Source of the DNA: Pseudovirgaria hyperparasitica
Lineage: Eukaryota
DNA: 64,000 bases
Direction: 5' to 3' (one strand)
Assembly: GCA_010093815.1 (NCBI GenBank)
Contig: ML996568.1
Part shown: one piece after another, positions 14,440 through 28,600 of the stretch
Layout: each line of letters begins with the position of its first letter
Position numbering within the stretch: the stretch's first letter is position 1
Program-made: the position numbers and the translations under genes
Notes under the pieces: generated by a model
Told to the model about the DNA's origin: nothing
The model's database searches: none
The model's input: only the letters and a program-made list of their open reading frames with translations

Positions 14440-15280
14440 GAGTCTCGACCTACTTCATATATTTAGAGCGTCCGACAGGCAGAAACTTCGGGTATATATA
14501 GAAGAGTTGATTTAGGAGGAATTTACTAGCCTATTACTAAACCTACGTAGTAAGGAAGTAAAGGACCACCACATAAAACAAGAGCGTTGTCTATAGATAG
14601 TCGCGGATGAATATATATTCATTAATAGTAGTTATACTATTTCACGGGTAGATACCATATATTAACTTAATACTATATTCTTGGTATTTACGCGTAACTG
14701 GCGGCGGTTAGCTAAATACCATCATATACGTTAAAACGATGCCCCGGGCTAGACGAGCTATTATAATATTATATATACCCCACGAACCCGCCTAATATAT
14801 CTAGCTAACCTAGTTATTCGACCGTCGGACCACTAGTGTCTATATCTCCTAAGGTAGCCGTGCCGCCGTGTTATATATATATGCCTATAGTCCTTATCCG
14901 CGATCGTACTCGGGTCACCCTAGTACTAATAACGGCTATATAGAATAGCACGACGCCGTTAAATATTAAGGGTGTAAAAATACGCGATATAGTAGGTCTT
15001 AGTATAAATAAACTATTAGAATTTATTAGCTCGTCTATGGATGCACTAGGGGACGTAGGTGGTTATAGGCATAGTCGCGTCTACCTAGAGTACCCGATTC
15101 TACCGAGCGAGTCGAGTGATATAATCCTTTATAAGGATAGTTTAGACTAGGTATTATAGTAGGCTATTAAATAGGTACTAGGCTTAGGACTAGATCGGGT
15201 GGTTTTCCGCGTGGGCGATATAAATAGTATATTTAGAAGCCTACTATAACGTGTTAACTATAATCTAACCATATAGGAAC
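14440..15280 (+). pseudogene. Unknown cargo ORF (RIP-mutated), approximate
   Basis: Protein-like forward reading (overlaps ORF-track 14309-14515) with a probable intron or frameshift; no family recognised. Confidence 0.3.
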
Positions 15281-16614
15281 GTCGCGCTATGAGTATAGTA
15301 GCGGGATTTATCCGTCTAGCGCGCGTAGGTGAGCTCGAGATATATATACGCCGATAGATATCGGCATATATCGATATATTACGACTACTAAGCGGTGTAT
15401 ACCGATGTATACCGGCATATCTAGTATATACCGGTATAATGCCGTCGCTCTTCCGTGGATATAATACCATTTATATATCTTAGGTTTTCGGTTATCGGTT
15501 ACGTATAGTGTTATATACACGGCGGATACCTTACTAGATTTAGGTCTTTCGTTAATAGTATATAGGTACGCCCTAGTCCACTCGATATAGGCGTAGTTAA
15601 CGCTTTACCCACTTAAACGATAGACGTTAATAATGACGCGACTAGTATATTTACCTATTATATTATTAGCTAGCTAACGTTATATTAGGAGAGTCGAGCG
15701 CCGCCGTCCCGCCTAGTCTACCCGTTAATGTTAACATGCTAGCGATTACAACCTAATTACCTTACAAATCGACATATAATACTAGTGCGCTCGAGAGTTC
15801 GAGCGAACGTATAAAAGTCCGATATTATATACTATTTAGGGCCGGGGAGGAAGCGTCTACCGGCGTAGTGGTTATCAAGGTAATAGTAGAAGTCTATATA
15901 TAACTAGATATACTAAGTCCGCCTCCTTCTTATATAGTCCTATTACTAGATAATATTACCGGTTTCGACATTACGGGAGAGGAGTTTATAGATACGAACC
16001 CATGAATATCGGCATAACATCGGCTCGATAGTACGTATTATAGTATAAGGCAAGTTATATTTAAGCGGTAGTTAGACACGTGCGCTAGTATACTAACGGA
16101 TATATAGTATCTCTACTATGAATAGAATAGGTAAGGCATGGCTAGTAATATCTTACTATCTAGAAGAGATAGTTACCGTAGAATTTGGGAGATAGGCTCG
16201 GCGTCTATAGCGTTAGTATGTTAGACGGTTAAACTTTTATATAATACTATTTACTTATACCTATATTTACCTAAGCCCCGATTCGATAGCCTTCTATAAC
16301 GTACTATATACTCGGTCGGCGAGCTACTAGACTCATATAATAGTAGTATACTACCCCACTTTATATACTACTTAAGCTACTATTACTTTAGCCTACGTTA
16401 ATCTTAGCTTCCTTTAGTCGTCTCTATATTATAAAAGAAAACTTCTATAAATCTTTCCTCTACTTATCTTGGTTTTTAAACCTAAATCTTACCTTCTATA
16501 CTTTATTCCGTATTAATTATAACTATATACGAACGCTGCGTCGAACTCGACTCTATTAACCCTTAAGGTCTATTCTATATAATAGTTAACGAGGTCATAT
16601 TTACAGTTTATAAT

Positions 16615-19600
16615 ATGGATCAAGAACTCGTTATATTTGGCGATATTTAGGACCAGTCTACACTCGACGTGATTAAGCCTTACGTTTAAGCCGAGTCTCA
16701 TATTCAAGTCGAGCCTTACGTTCAAGTCGAGCCTTACACTTAAGTCGAGCCTTACGTTTAAGCCGAGCCTTACGTTTAAGTCGAGCCTTACGTTCAAGCC
16801 GAGCCTTACGTTTAAGTCGAGCCTTACGCTTAAGCCGATCCTTACGTTTAAGCCGAGCCTTATACTTAAGTCAATCCTTACGTTTAAGCCGAGCCTTACG
16901 TTTAAGCCGATCCTTACGTTTAAGTCGAGCCTTACGTTTAAGCCGATTCTTACGTTTAAGCCGATTCTTACGTTTAAGCCAAGCCTCACGTTTAAGCCGA
17001 TCCTTATATTCAAGCCGAGCCTTACGCTTAAGTCGAAGCTTACGATACGACTACCGTCTCGACCGATAATAAACTACTTATCTTTAGTATACTTACCGGT
17101 AACTACCGTCCTAACGACGAGTATAAACTTAAGAAGGTCTAAAGTAGTAAGGCTCCCGTTCCTACTTACGCCACCTATTAGATCTCTCTTATATAGGGTA
17201 ATCTATAGTTAACCTTTAGGAATGTCTATAGTATTAGTAGAGAAATAGATAGACTTAAGTAGGAATAAGCGAAAACTTAAGCCGAGCTTAAGCTAGTAGT
17301 ATTTAAGGCTCGTGGTAAAGGTTACGGCTTCGAAGAGTCGATTAGTTATACATGTAGATTCCTTAAATTCCCTAAGTACCGCTCTTAGATTAAGTTACGT
17401 GCTCGCTTCCGATAGATTAACGAAGGGAAATCGGTATCCTTAATAAGCTTACTCCGCTTTAATCGTACTAACATCCTTCTATCGTCCGACCACCCTACGG
17501 TATAGATCTTTAAGGTTAAGTAAGTAGGCGACTTCATTAAGTATTTTCCTAAACTTCCTAATCTTATTATAAGCAAAGCGGATAAAGCCAATATACTATA
17601 TATTAATACCGGCCTCTACGAAGACCCTCGCGACTTTTAGATTATCGAACTTATAGCTAGCGAGCTTCTTGGTGTAGGTTTTACTATTCTATTATATATT
17701 AGACCCGATATAATATATAAACGAGTGAAGCAATTCTTCGAAGATCTAGGTGCTTATACTATAGTTTGTATCTTGCTACTACTACGTGACCCTATGGATC
17801 TTACCGGCTTTAATAATAAGCTTAAACTAGAGAGCGATCCGATTAATTCATGGCATGTAGGAGTTACTACTCCCTATATATAATACGGTATAATAAGTAG
17901 GCCGGACACTTAGCCCTAGATCTCTATTCCCCACCGCGAGTCATTTAATAAGAAATTCGACTACCTAATATATATCGCTATAAGTACCTTATAAGACGAA
18001 TAGGCGGATCTCCCATTATCCTAATTCCAAGACGTTACCGTCGGGTATATCTAGCTCTCAGGTGTTACTCGGGCGCTCTTGGCTATCGTCTATCCTATTA
18101 ATACGAAAGGATTCCATCGTATGGAACCAGGTAGTCGTGGGTACCTTAAAGTAGATTTAAAGGATTATAATGACGACGCGTACCGCTTTAAAGTCCTTTA
18201 ATTTTGCCTAGGCGTCCTCCTATTCGAATACCTCGCTCTAAAAGTCTTTAATAAGGTTAGGCGTCCTCCTAAAGCATCTAAGGTACCGATTATATTAATA
18301 GATGCGGTTACTAATATAACTCGAGCTCGTCCTAAACATTTCATTCGGACTAGCGACACTAGTTTAAGTATAATTAGGTCATCCCTTACTACGCTCATGG
18401 GGTTCACGGACGTTCCGGCTTTAGTTAGCGTATAAACCTATGATAAGCTTACTAAGTAACGCATTAATACGTGCTAGAAACTAACCTACCACGCCATGTA
18501 AGCTCCTAGAGACGGCGGCGTAGACGACCACGCCGCTTAGAATGCGTTTAATGCGATAGTCCTTAATGTTATCGTGGACTCGGTGTCTATATCTCTAATG
18601 TATGGGTCCCCTAACCCTAACGATAAGATTCTAGATTATAGTACGGAGCCTTAGGATACCCTCGTTACTCTTTCTAAATTATCTATATCCCTAGATAATA
18701 ATAAGGACACGAATATAGAATATAGTCACGATGTTATTAGCGACGAAGGTTCCATTACTAGCCCCGTCGCCGATACACACACACTCCTAATATCATCCAA
18801 AGTCCACTCTAGTATCCTATCCCCTTTGCCACCCTCCGTATAGAACCTAATACTCGGTAATAACTACCTGAATCTTTAACCCGTTAACTATAACCGCTAC
18901 GTTAAAGATCATGAAAGATTCTATAATCTCTAGGATATCATACGTTCGGAGCTATCTCCCTAATAATAGTATACCTATATATAGACGACGGACGCACTTA
19001 GGGCTTAGTTTCTACTTCACGGCTATGGAGGAGCTAGGAAGAGCCATTTATGGCTTCGTCTACTACTAGCTACACTTCTAATTAATAAAATGAACGGTGC
19101 TCCTGTTATCGCTCATACTACCAAGGTAGTTATCCTATCTAGCGATGTGACAGCGCACCTCCCTACGCTAGGTTCCACCTAAACATGTAGGATATATATA
19201 TATGTTATTATCGGCCTAACTAACGAAACCTACGACGACGCTATAAGAAAAGCATATAAATATACGAGTAATATATTTACTCGCTATAAGTCTCTAAAGA
19301 TACCGGTCGTTCTTCGAAGATGCCCCGAAGCCGTTAATCGAGAGGTTTTCTTTACTATAGCTAGACTATCTCGTCGCGGCGACCCTCTTATCGGGCTAAC
19401 CTAGAATAATATAATAGGCGGTGCCATCCTCGTGTAAGCCTAGGCCGACTATAGTAAACGACCATCGGAATATAGCACGGATCCCCGTGCTCGTCTATAG
19501 AAACTATATACCGGTTACATTACGCTCGAGGTCGTTAGACTCGTTAAATCTCGATACTAATACGAATAGATCCCTAAGAATTTCGAGAAAGAAACGGCTC

Positions 19601-21216
19601 GGCCATTACGCACTATCTATGAATATTACGCTTATAATAAGGATATACCTAAGGAGGAGTATAATAGGATAAACGAGCTATACCTCGCTACCTAGGACCT
19701 AGTTACTATCCACGCCTAGATTCATGTAGGGACCCTATATGTTATGAATATCGCCAAGGTAGCCCGTAATATATATCCGATTTTAGTCGTGATAGAAGAG
19801 GCTACGTGTATCCTTAAAAGTGATACACTCGGGATTATCGTTAATTATACTACTATGGAATAGTAACTAACATTTGTTTACGTCGGCGACCTACGCTAGC
19901 TCGACACCTACTAGCGTGATAGTACTAATATATAGGCCGCGAACTAGAGGATCTCCTTTATAAAGCGCTAGATATAATATAGTTTCCCGACCACTCGCCT
20001 TACCAAGTTAGAACGCTTAGTTCCTAGAATAATAAACGTTATATCGCTAATTACTTACTCGGGCGAGCTAACGACCTCGCCCTATATAATAAATAATATC
20101 GATATACCACTCGTAGAGACCGTTCGATAAATATTTGGAATCCGCGGCTATCGACACGTTATATACGCCAACGTCGACGGGGATCACGCGCACATAGTAA
20201 ATAACTTAATATATAATATAGACTTATTGCGTTTCACTTAGTAGATCATTACCGAGCTCTTCTATTATGGCGTCGCACTCGATCGCGTACTCTATATTTC
20301 TATATACACCGCCTAACGTGATCTATTTAAAGGGATAGTTAGGAACTCGCTTCTAACTATACTTGCCGCAGCGGATAAAGCTCGATTTAATACCCTACCC
20401 AAGCTAGTATAGAAGCTTGTCCAATGGCGTTTATAGGACGGTTCTTAGGGTCATAATAACGATATAGTCCTTATTAACCCGGTCTAAACTAATCGCTTCG
20501 GCTTCCTCTCGGAAGTAAACCGTAACGTCGTTACTATTACGCGCGCTAAATAGATAATAGTTATTATCGCCAACTTCATATCTCTTAAGAGGTAGAAAGT
20601 CCTAGACGGCGTACTCGGCGAGATATAGAATAAGTACTCTAAGATTTATGCGACATACACGTGCACGACCCCCGACCTAGATGGCCTCCCTCCACTCTCT
20701 AATATACCTAATCCCTAATACGGTCGCTCTATACTTAGTATTAGAGAGAGGGGAGAACGAAGCGATTAATAAACTACTAATGGTACTAAGCCCCGTAAGC
20801 CGCTAGTCTACCATAAATATAACGTCGAAGAATATAAGTCTATTAAGTGTCTAAGAGGGTCGACGCTTATATATAATAACTATTAGGACATCGACTATAA
20901 AGCTAATGTTTACCCTAAACCTAAGACGCTTACGGGTATATTTTACTATAATTATAGGACTACCGGTTATACTCGGCGTTATTATCCTAGCCGTACTAAA
21001 TTACCAGCACGCACAAATGGTAATAATCTAGTTAATGCTACTAGAGCTAATGCTACTAGAGCTAATGCCACTAGAACTAATACTACTAGAACTAATACTA
21101 CTAGAGCTAATACTACTAACGAAGTAACTACTAGCGGCTAGAACGATAGAGACTACGAGGATACCGGCCGAGACGGCGGTGTTACGACATATAAAGACAT
21201 AGAAGTCAATTAGTAA
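16615..21216 (+). pseudogene. Superfamily-1 (Upf1/DNA2/Sen1-like, AAA_11/AAA_12) helicase with N-terminal hexapeptide repeats and three C-terminal CCHC zinc knuckles
   Basis: ATG 16615, Walker A and the terminal stop share one frame (~1530 codons). Motifs: HGYGGAGKS (19018-19044), VVIEEA, VGDLRQL, SL.KR, DGSQG..NDIVLI, GFLSEVNRNVVAITRAK; C-x2-C-x4-H-x4-C three times at ~20805-20990 after de-RIP. Confidence 0.85.
16676..17040 (+). repeat. 18-bp coding minisatellite, ~20 units (de-RIP gagcctcacgttcaagcc = EPHVQA/V)
   Basis: Direct tandem array; explains the spurious reverse ORF 16570-17013. Confidence 0.95.
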
Positions 21217-22132
21217 TAGTATACGATTAGACTTACGTGTTAGGGCTACTTAGTCACGGCTTCTTAGTAAGTACACCTCTATATCCATTTTAGTTATAGT
21301 TATGACATCCTACTAGGTAGATAGTTTAGCTCTATTAAAGACCTATTAAGGGTATTTCTATTACGTCTACTCTAGTATAGACGCGCTATTAGATAATATA
21401 GCGCCACTAGGCACGTTAACTAGTACCCACCGATTAAGAAATAAACACGATTCTATATCTACCGCGAGCCCCGGCCTAATAACGTAGGCTTCCTTTAGTT
21501 ATCCCCTTCATACTTTTAAAACTACTTCTAGCCTTTATATCGGGAGATATTACTACCTAAAGAGAAAATATAAAAAAACATACGCCCTAATCAAAGCCTC
21601 CACCTTTAGACTTTAACTATAATATATACGGGATATAGTAAACCCAAATATCGCGTACTTTAAAAGCATGGAAGGATACGACACTCGAATACGACGAAAT
21701 ACAGGCTCACGATACTCGGAGAGTACCTAGGGATAAGCATATGAATATAAAATGGGATAAGACCAACGCGGCACCTCGTACATGCGTAGCCATATACCGT
21801 CCTAGACGTAGTCGCCTACGATATGACATTGCGAGATAAGAATCATAGCTATCCAATTCTATTAAGGGTATTAGATAACATAAAGTGAATAACTACACGC
21901 CCGACCACGCCACGCCAAGTCACGTGCGTGTTATAAACGCGTGTTTAAGGAACAATAAGGATACAAACAAGGTTCACCTAGTAGGTGCCTCGTTATTCCG
22001 GCTTCTACCTCTATCGTCCGACCTATACCTCCGTCTTCCTCGCGCCTATAATATACCACGCGTATACTATATAATTAGTCCGTAAATTATAAACACTATA
22101 TTAACTATATACATTAACTACATACGATTAAC

Positions 22133-23444
22133 ATGTCGAATCCGATTCTATAACAAAGTAACCGTCCGAATATAGTAATTGCCATAGCACTACTTCGCAT
22201 CTTAAGCCTAGATATATAAGTAAAGCGTAAAGCTATAGAGGCGCGTATAAGGTAGCTATATATAGAAGTATATACGGCTACTCTACTCGTAGACCATAGG
22301 TGTTAAACTAAGAATGAGCTCGGCGTAAAAAGAGCACGTAAGATTATTAATAAGGTAGCGGGCGAATTCCTAGTAGTATAGGAAAGAGTAGTAGAGTGCA
22401 TAGAGATGAAGGCGCTATACTATATCTACGACCAGGTACACACTATAGTATAGAAAACCATATATTATAGAAAAACTATCTCCGAGTATAAGAAGAGGCG
22501 CGTAATTATAGCCCTATATCCCACGACCTTATAATCCCCGCCTATTACGACCTTATAACCTCCGCCTATCGCGATCTTATAACCCCCGCCTATTACGACC
22601 TTATAGCTCTTATATACCACGACCTTATAGCCTATACTCGCAGCGGTCCCATAGCCTACTAATATACATACTACGAGAAAAATCAAATTTATAATTAGGT
22701 TTAACGACAACGTATTCCTCGAAATACTAGTATCTACGTCTAACTAGTAGAAAGACCATAGTGACGCTTCGTGTATTAATTCGATAGTATTTATACGGCG
22801 AATTAGGGTCTAATACGTAACGAAGACTAGGAGGGCACTTAACTAGAGCCGTGCTACCATACATTCTATCGTGCTAGTGGTTAAGTATATAATAAGTAAA
22901 ACGGAACTAGAGGTAGATATTAGATAGCTCCTATAGTTAGTAATCGAATATGTTCTAGAACATAGTAATAGTATAATACTCCTCGGCCTTAGATAGAATA
23001 TAGATAGTATACCCGAAGTAAAACGAAATATAAACCAGCGACTAATATATAATAGTATAGACGGCTATATATAGGTTACACTCGAATAAATCCGCCCCTC
23101 CGTCCCTAATGCCATACTCGCTATAATTAGTATAATAATAGTAATAGAAAGCTACCGCCTACGACGGTAGAGATACCTATAGAGATAGTATTATAGGTAG
23201 TAGATAGCATTACCTAAACGACTTAACCCTTCCTCTAGCGATACTATATATACTACTATCGGCACCCGGGAAGTCGCGAGACCGACCTATAAGCTCTAAA
23301 GATAGTGACTTCGAAAGCCTTAAAAGTACCTTAGATATAGAGGATATAGATATCGCTTTCGAAGACTAATAGGATAATGAAAAGGGTGCTAGAGGTAGTA
23401 AGAGTAGCGTGCGTACTTGGCTAAGGCGATGCGATCCGACGTAA
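22133..23444 (+). pseudogene. Unknown cargo ORF with 24-bp (HDLMTPAY-like) repeats
   Basis: ATG at 22133; protein-like frame with RIP-type stops; ~5 tandem 24-bp units at 22520-22630; acidic C-terminus. Start and end frames differ (intron or frameshift). Confidence 0.45.
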
Positions 23445-23770
23445 GACGGCTTCTACCTACTATATATTAGTATATACCCGATTCTACTAGCTATATAACT
23501 ATGGCGCACATGTTTGGTTAAGATATTACGATACTAGTATAAGCCGGCGTCTACCTAGTTCACGTCGGGATACGCCCGGTCCTACTAGCTACATTATTAC
23601 TACGACTATAATCGTATAAGATCCACTCTAATAATTAAACATTCACTTATATACTTTACTTCCTCCGCACTTATTAAAATTACGTTATAATCGCTAAACG
23701 CGGCGACTTAACTCCTACCGCCTAAATCTAGTTTTCATATCTTATCGCCATTAACGCCGTCTTACTATCT

Positions 23771-26700
23771 ATGGCCTAAGTCGCACATAGGAATAGATAG
23801 GCACAACGAGAGTTACGACTATCCTAGTTTAACTACCGGCCATAGAATAGCTAACCGTAACACGCATATACGACGTGCGGAGGCCTTAAGCGTTAGCGCC
23901 CTCCTACCTTATATCTAGTACCTCCGAGGCCTATACCTAATACCTAAAATAAGTTATAATATATATAGGGCTACTATTATTAAGATAGTAAGTAAAGAAG
24001 TAGTAATAGAGCTTAAAACTAGTAGTATAGATACTACTATACTCTATAGAATAGTTAAGGAAACCGTTACTAGAGAATTCAATTAGCATATCGCGGCTAT
24101 AAATAGTAAGTTAGTACCGACGGTTACGACCATAGATATAATAGAGGCTAAACTAGATATAGATACTATAGGCATAGGTACGTAGACATAGTTACCGCTA
24201 GAATATAAGGAGAAAGATAATATAGAAGATACTGAAATAGAAGACAACGTAGCTAGTATACTTAGACATATATATATATACACGGTCCTAGATACTAATA
24301 TTATCGGAGTAGTGTCGAATACAGGCGCGGTTATGACTACCGACATAGATAATCTATCTACGAATATCGTCGTGCCTAGCGAAGCTCATCCACGCGTAAA
24401 TACACTAGCCATAGAGATATAGTTATAGTTACCGCCGGAATATACGGAGAAAGAGAACGTAGAAGATACTAAAATGGAAGACGACGCAGCTAGTATACTT
24501 AGACACATATATATATATATGGTCCTAGATGCTAACATTAGAGTAGTGTCGAAGATAGGTACGGCTATAACCACCGACATAGATAATCCACCTACGAATG
24601 TCGTCGTGTCTAGTAAAGCTTATCCACGCGTAAACACACTAGCTATAGAGACATAGTTATAGTTACCGCCGGAATATATAGAGAAAGAGAACGTGGAAGA
24701 TACTAAAATGGAAGACGACGTAGCTAGTATACTTAGACACATATATATATACATGGTCCTAGATGCTAATATTAGAGTAGTATCGAAGACAGGTACGGCT
24801 ATAACTACCGACATAGATAATCTACCCACGAATATCGTCGTGCCTAGCAAAGCTCATCCACGCGTAAACATACTAGCCATAGAGATATAGTTATAGTTAC
24901 CGCCGGAACATGCGGAGAAAGAGAACGTAGAAGATACTAAAATGGAAGATAACGTAGCTAGTATACTTAGACACATATATATATATATAGTCCTAGATAC
25001 TAATATTAGAGTAGTGTCGAAGACAGGTACGGCTATAATTACTAACATAGACAATTCCCCCACGAATGCCGTCGTGCCTCTAGATACCGGCGAGACTTAT
25101 CTACGGCTACTAGAAACAAAGAGGACACTCTTAGATAATATAGTAAACCTGGTCGATTCTCCGAAACGCCTAAAACTAGAACATATTATACTACTAGATA
25201 TCGACCGGTAGACACGTGAAAACCAGGAACTGTTCGGGTTAGTAGATAATTTATATGGTAGATATATATCGGATAGTGCATTAGCGAACGGCCTTAACTT
25301 TAAAATTCTTTCTATAGACGACGACTCTAACGGAGACGAAGCAAAGCTAGATATAGAGGACTTGATTCCGGTAGATAACGATGTTAGTACGAAACTACAG
25401 GAAGCGTAAGTTATACTAAGAAGTAAGTAGGAATATACACTACCATACTAATGTACCTATAGAATATTCGCCGTTAATAACTCCGATAAAGTAGTCTAAG
25501 CTATCTCTTATTATATAGAAGAGATGCGGTCACTTACTATAAGTATGTTTAGGCTTACGCTAGACGACCTAATAAAGGAGTTCGGCCATACACCTACTCT
25601 ATATCCAGCCTTTAGTATAAGTGGGTCATATAGGCCATGGGCCGGCCAGTTACTCGCGGTAGTTACTATATGCAAGTAGCGGGCGGGTCCGTGGAAGTAC
25701 TAGATCTTAGTAGATAGCCTAGAGCTAGGGAAGATAATCGTGCTTATAATATTCATCCACCTCGCGTTTTATTAGGACTTTCTACACGATAACATAGAAC
25801 TTAATCTAGGAAATCACCTATAACCGACTTAAGACTCGGGCATGGATAGGAAGTGCCCGATATAATCTCTGCATCCGATTAAATGTCCGTGTAGCTAGAC
25901 CGATAATTTCGTCTATATGCCCCGCCTTCGAGGACCATTTATACTATACTACCTAAGGTCCCTTCTAATAGCGTATTGGCCGCAGCGCTTTAAATAGATG
26001 TATAACGATACGGATAGCATGTTCACCGATTAAATTAATAAACAGAACCCGATAAAGATAATAGTACGGCTAGCGTACTCAAAAACCCTTACCGACGCCC
26101 CTAGTATCCGATAATTCTCGTATATAGACCGATAATACTTAGCTAAGAGATGCCTACACCCCGAATAGGAATACAGCGTCGATATTAGTAATACTACTAA
26201 ATTCGAGACCGACGAGAAGTATATTATTAGGGCATGGTCGATTCCCGTTAATAGGACCGCTACCACCGAATTTCCGTCGCGATACGCGAAGAACCATATA
26301 ATCTATAGCACTATCTAGAGTGTGGAACCCTAATATCTTAAATCTTTTAAGGGATGTGTGGTTATAAGAGTAAAGAGGGCGAAATAATTTAGTACTAAAA
26401 ACACTTAAACTCGCGAAGTAGCATTCCTTAGTATATTAATAGTGGACGAGTTCTATTCCGCAAAGAACCCCGATATAAAATAGTATAAATATACGATATA
26501 TAATACCCTTATATTTAGTATATAGGTTAGTGTAACGCCCCTCTCGAATAGTCTAGTAGATATTCTAGCGGCTATTAAGGTAGGTGCTCCGGATAAGTTA
26601 CCCGACTACGTCGATAATAATACTACTAAAAGGGTATTCGAGAGCCTATAGAATAAAACTATAAGAAAGATTATTATAACGTGGTCGAATAAACTCCTTA

Positions 26701-27940
26701 GTTTAATAAAAGGTAAGTCGGCGGACATGATGGCCGCGATAGTCCGTAGGGCATTAGAAACCATAGAAGGTAAGCGTACACTACGTATGGTAGCCGATTA
26801 GTATTTACTATTCATCCTATAACGGGGACTACTAACTAAATGGTTTAACGGAGAGGCATGTCTATCCACGACATCAAAGCTAGTAGTAGAGTTTATATCC
26901 GTCCCGGCCATAGAACTAGAGAAGATAATTATATAGTTATACGAGAATAGAGGTAGATAGTTTAATAATCCATAGCCTAATAGAACGCCGCGGGACTCGT
27001 AGGTATAATCTACCGCCTAGATTAAATCGAAAGAGGGTACCGGGTCCGGGCTTAACGCATACTACCATTAGGCTAGGCTAGCTACTACGTGTGCACCACT
27101 TATATACCTTACCGATAAAAAGATAGAAGACGAGTAAATTAATATCACGCTCACGCGTCGGAGGGATAGTAATAATAGTATACCGAGTAAGATAATCGCT
27201 AATCCCGTACGCGAAGCGCTCCTATAGCTAGATAAGGCCATGCGAAAGGAGATAGTATTACTAGCTAATAAATACGCTTCGAAGGTAAACTAGATCCGTA
27301 ACTTTATTAATAATAACGTTTATAATAAAAGTACTAGACGCGCGCGACGAACATCCGCCAACTACCCGGAGAAAATCGTACTCATATATACCGTACCGGC
27401 AAGCTTAATGTTCCTATACTTAGTGAGTATTTACACTACCTACTAGTAACGTAATTCACTAACATATATAGGTACTACGTCCATATGCACAAGCGAAAAT
27501 ATTAGTATATTTACCAGCCGGCCTAAGTACGTCCGAATTAAACAAGGTATATAGATTATTTAGGTCGACCAAGTCGGATTCTCCGTATATTCTACTAGTA
27601 TTAGCTTCGTAGGTCTATGAAGGACAAGACCTAACAGTCGCCGGTTTTATAGTATTAGTAGACTAATGCTTACGTAAGGAGACGTGGCCGTAGGTAAGTA
27701 TAAGATATTATCGCCATAGATAATATCGGCCTATAGTATATACGTATACTTTGATTTTAGACTATTTAGAGGTCGAGGCTAGACTCGCCGCGTTAGGCAA
27801 GGTAATCGAAAGCACGAGAATATAAGCCTTAGACCTAGGAAAAGGAGATATAGCTACGGTAGAGATAGCCACACCTAATATACTAGTAATAGGCGTACGC
27901 TTTAATCCTATAGAGATATAGTAGTATAGAAGTAAGTAAG
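23771..27940 (+). pseudogene. SNF2-family (SF2) ATPase with N-terminal 78-aa repeats, RIP-mutated, intron-containing
   Basis: De-RIPed motif I ILADG..GKT (~25705-25735), motif II LIVDEFH.AKN (~26435), motif III SATPLSN (~26540), helicase-C EKIVL..., EGQDLTVA...LVD..., R.HR.GQ.R. GT..AG introns with branch sites at ~25405-25461 and ~27424-27471. Confidence 0.8.
24170..25080 (+). repeat. 234-bp tandem repeat, ~4 units, in frame
   Basis: Anchor gttaccgc recurs at 24191, 24428, 24662 and 24896 (spacing 237, 234, 234). Confidence 0.95.
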
Positions 27941-28069
27941 GTAGTCGGTTAATTAGCTTCTAAGAGACTAGATAGCATGGTAGTATAAATACGAACCGCT
28001 GTTTACTCGTGATAACATGTCTATATATATCTATACATAAAGAGAAATAAGATATTTATTCTATACCAT

Positions 28070-28600
28070 TATATAGTAGGACGTTACTATATATACCGGC
28101 ATACAACGGAATATTCCGACATACGCCGGTATATTATAGGATATTCCTAGATACTCGAAGTATAGTCGTAGTATAAAGTAGCATTACTATTATATGCCGG
28201 CATATAGTAGAACGTTACTACATATGCCGGTATACAACGGGATCATGTTCTAATATACTATACGCCGCTAGTATATTATAGAATATTCCTAGATACTTGA
28301 AGTATAGTCGTAATATAAAGTAGTATCGCTATACTATGCCGGCATTTAGTAGGACGTTACTATATATACCGGCATATAATAGGATTAAACGTTTTCTTAA
28401 CGTTCGATAGAACGATTCTAAAAGAACCGGGATAGCTCTAGGAGAACTAGAACGACTCCGGGAGGACTAGGACGACTCTAGGAGGATTAGGATAACTCTA
28501 GAAGTACCGGGACGACTCTAGGAGGATTGGGACAACTCTAGAAGTACCGGGACCCATTTGGGATAACTTTAGAAGTACCGGGAGACCTAGAAGCATTGGG
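28070..28600. repeat. Subterminal tandem repeats of the Plavaka element (~130-140-bp units x2-3, then ~20-bp units x~9)
   Basis: Repeated gtaggacgttactatatataccggcata at 28070-28380, then gacgactctaggagga / ctagaagtaccgg-type units at 28420-28600. Confidence 0.85.

Noticed and set aside
16570..17013. 147-aa reverse ORF of LNVRLG repeats
   Set aside because: Antisense reading of the 18-bp minisatellite that codes EPHVQA in the helicase frame.
24170..25080. Regularly spaced repeats as a CRISPR-like array
   Set aside because: Whole 234-bp units repeat with no unique spacers; eukaryotic in-frame coding repeat.
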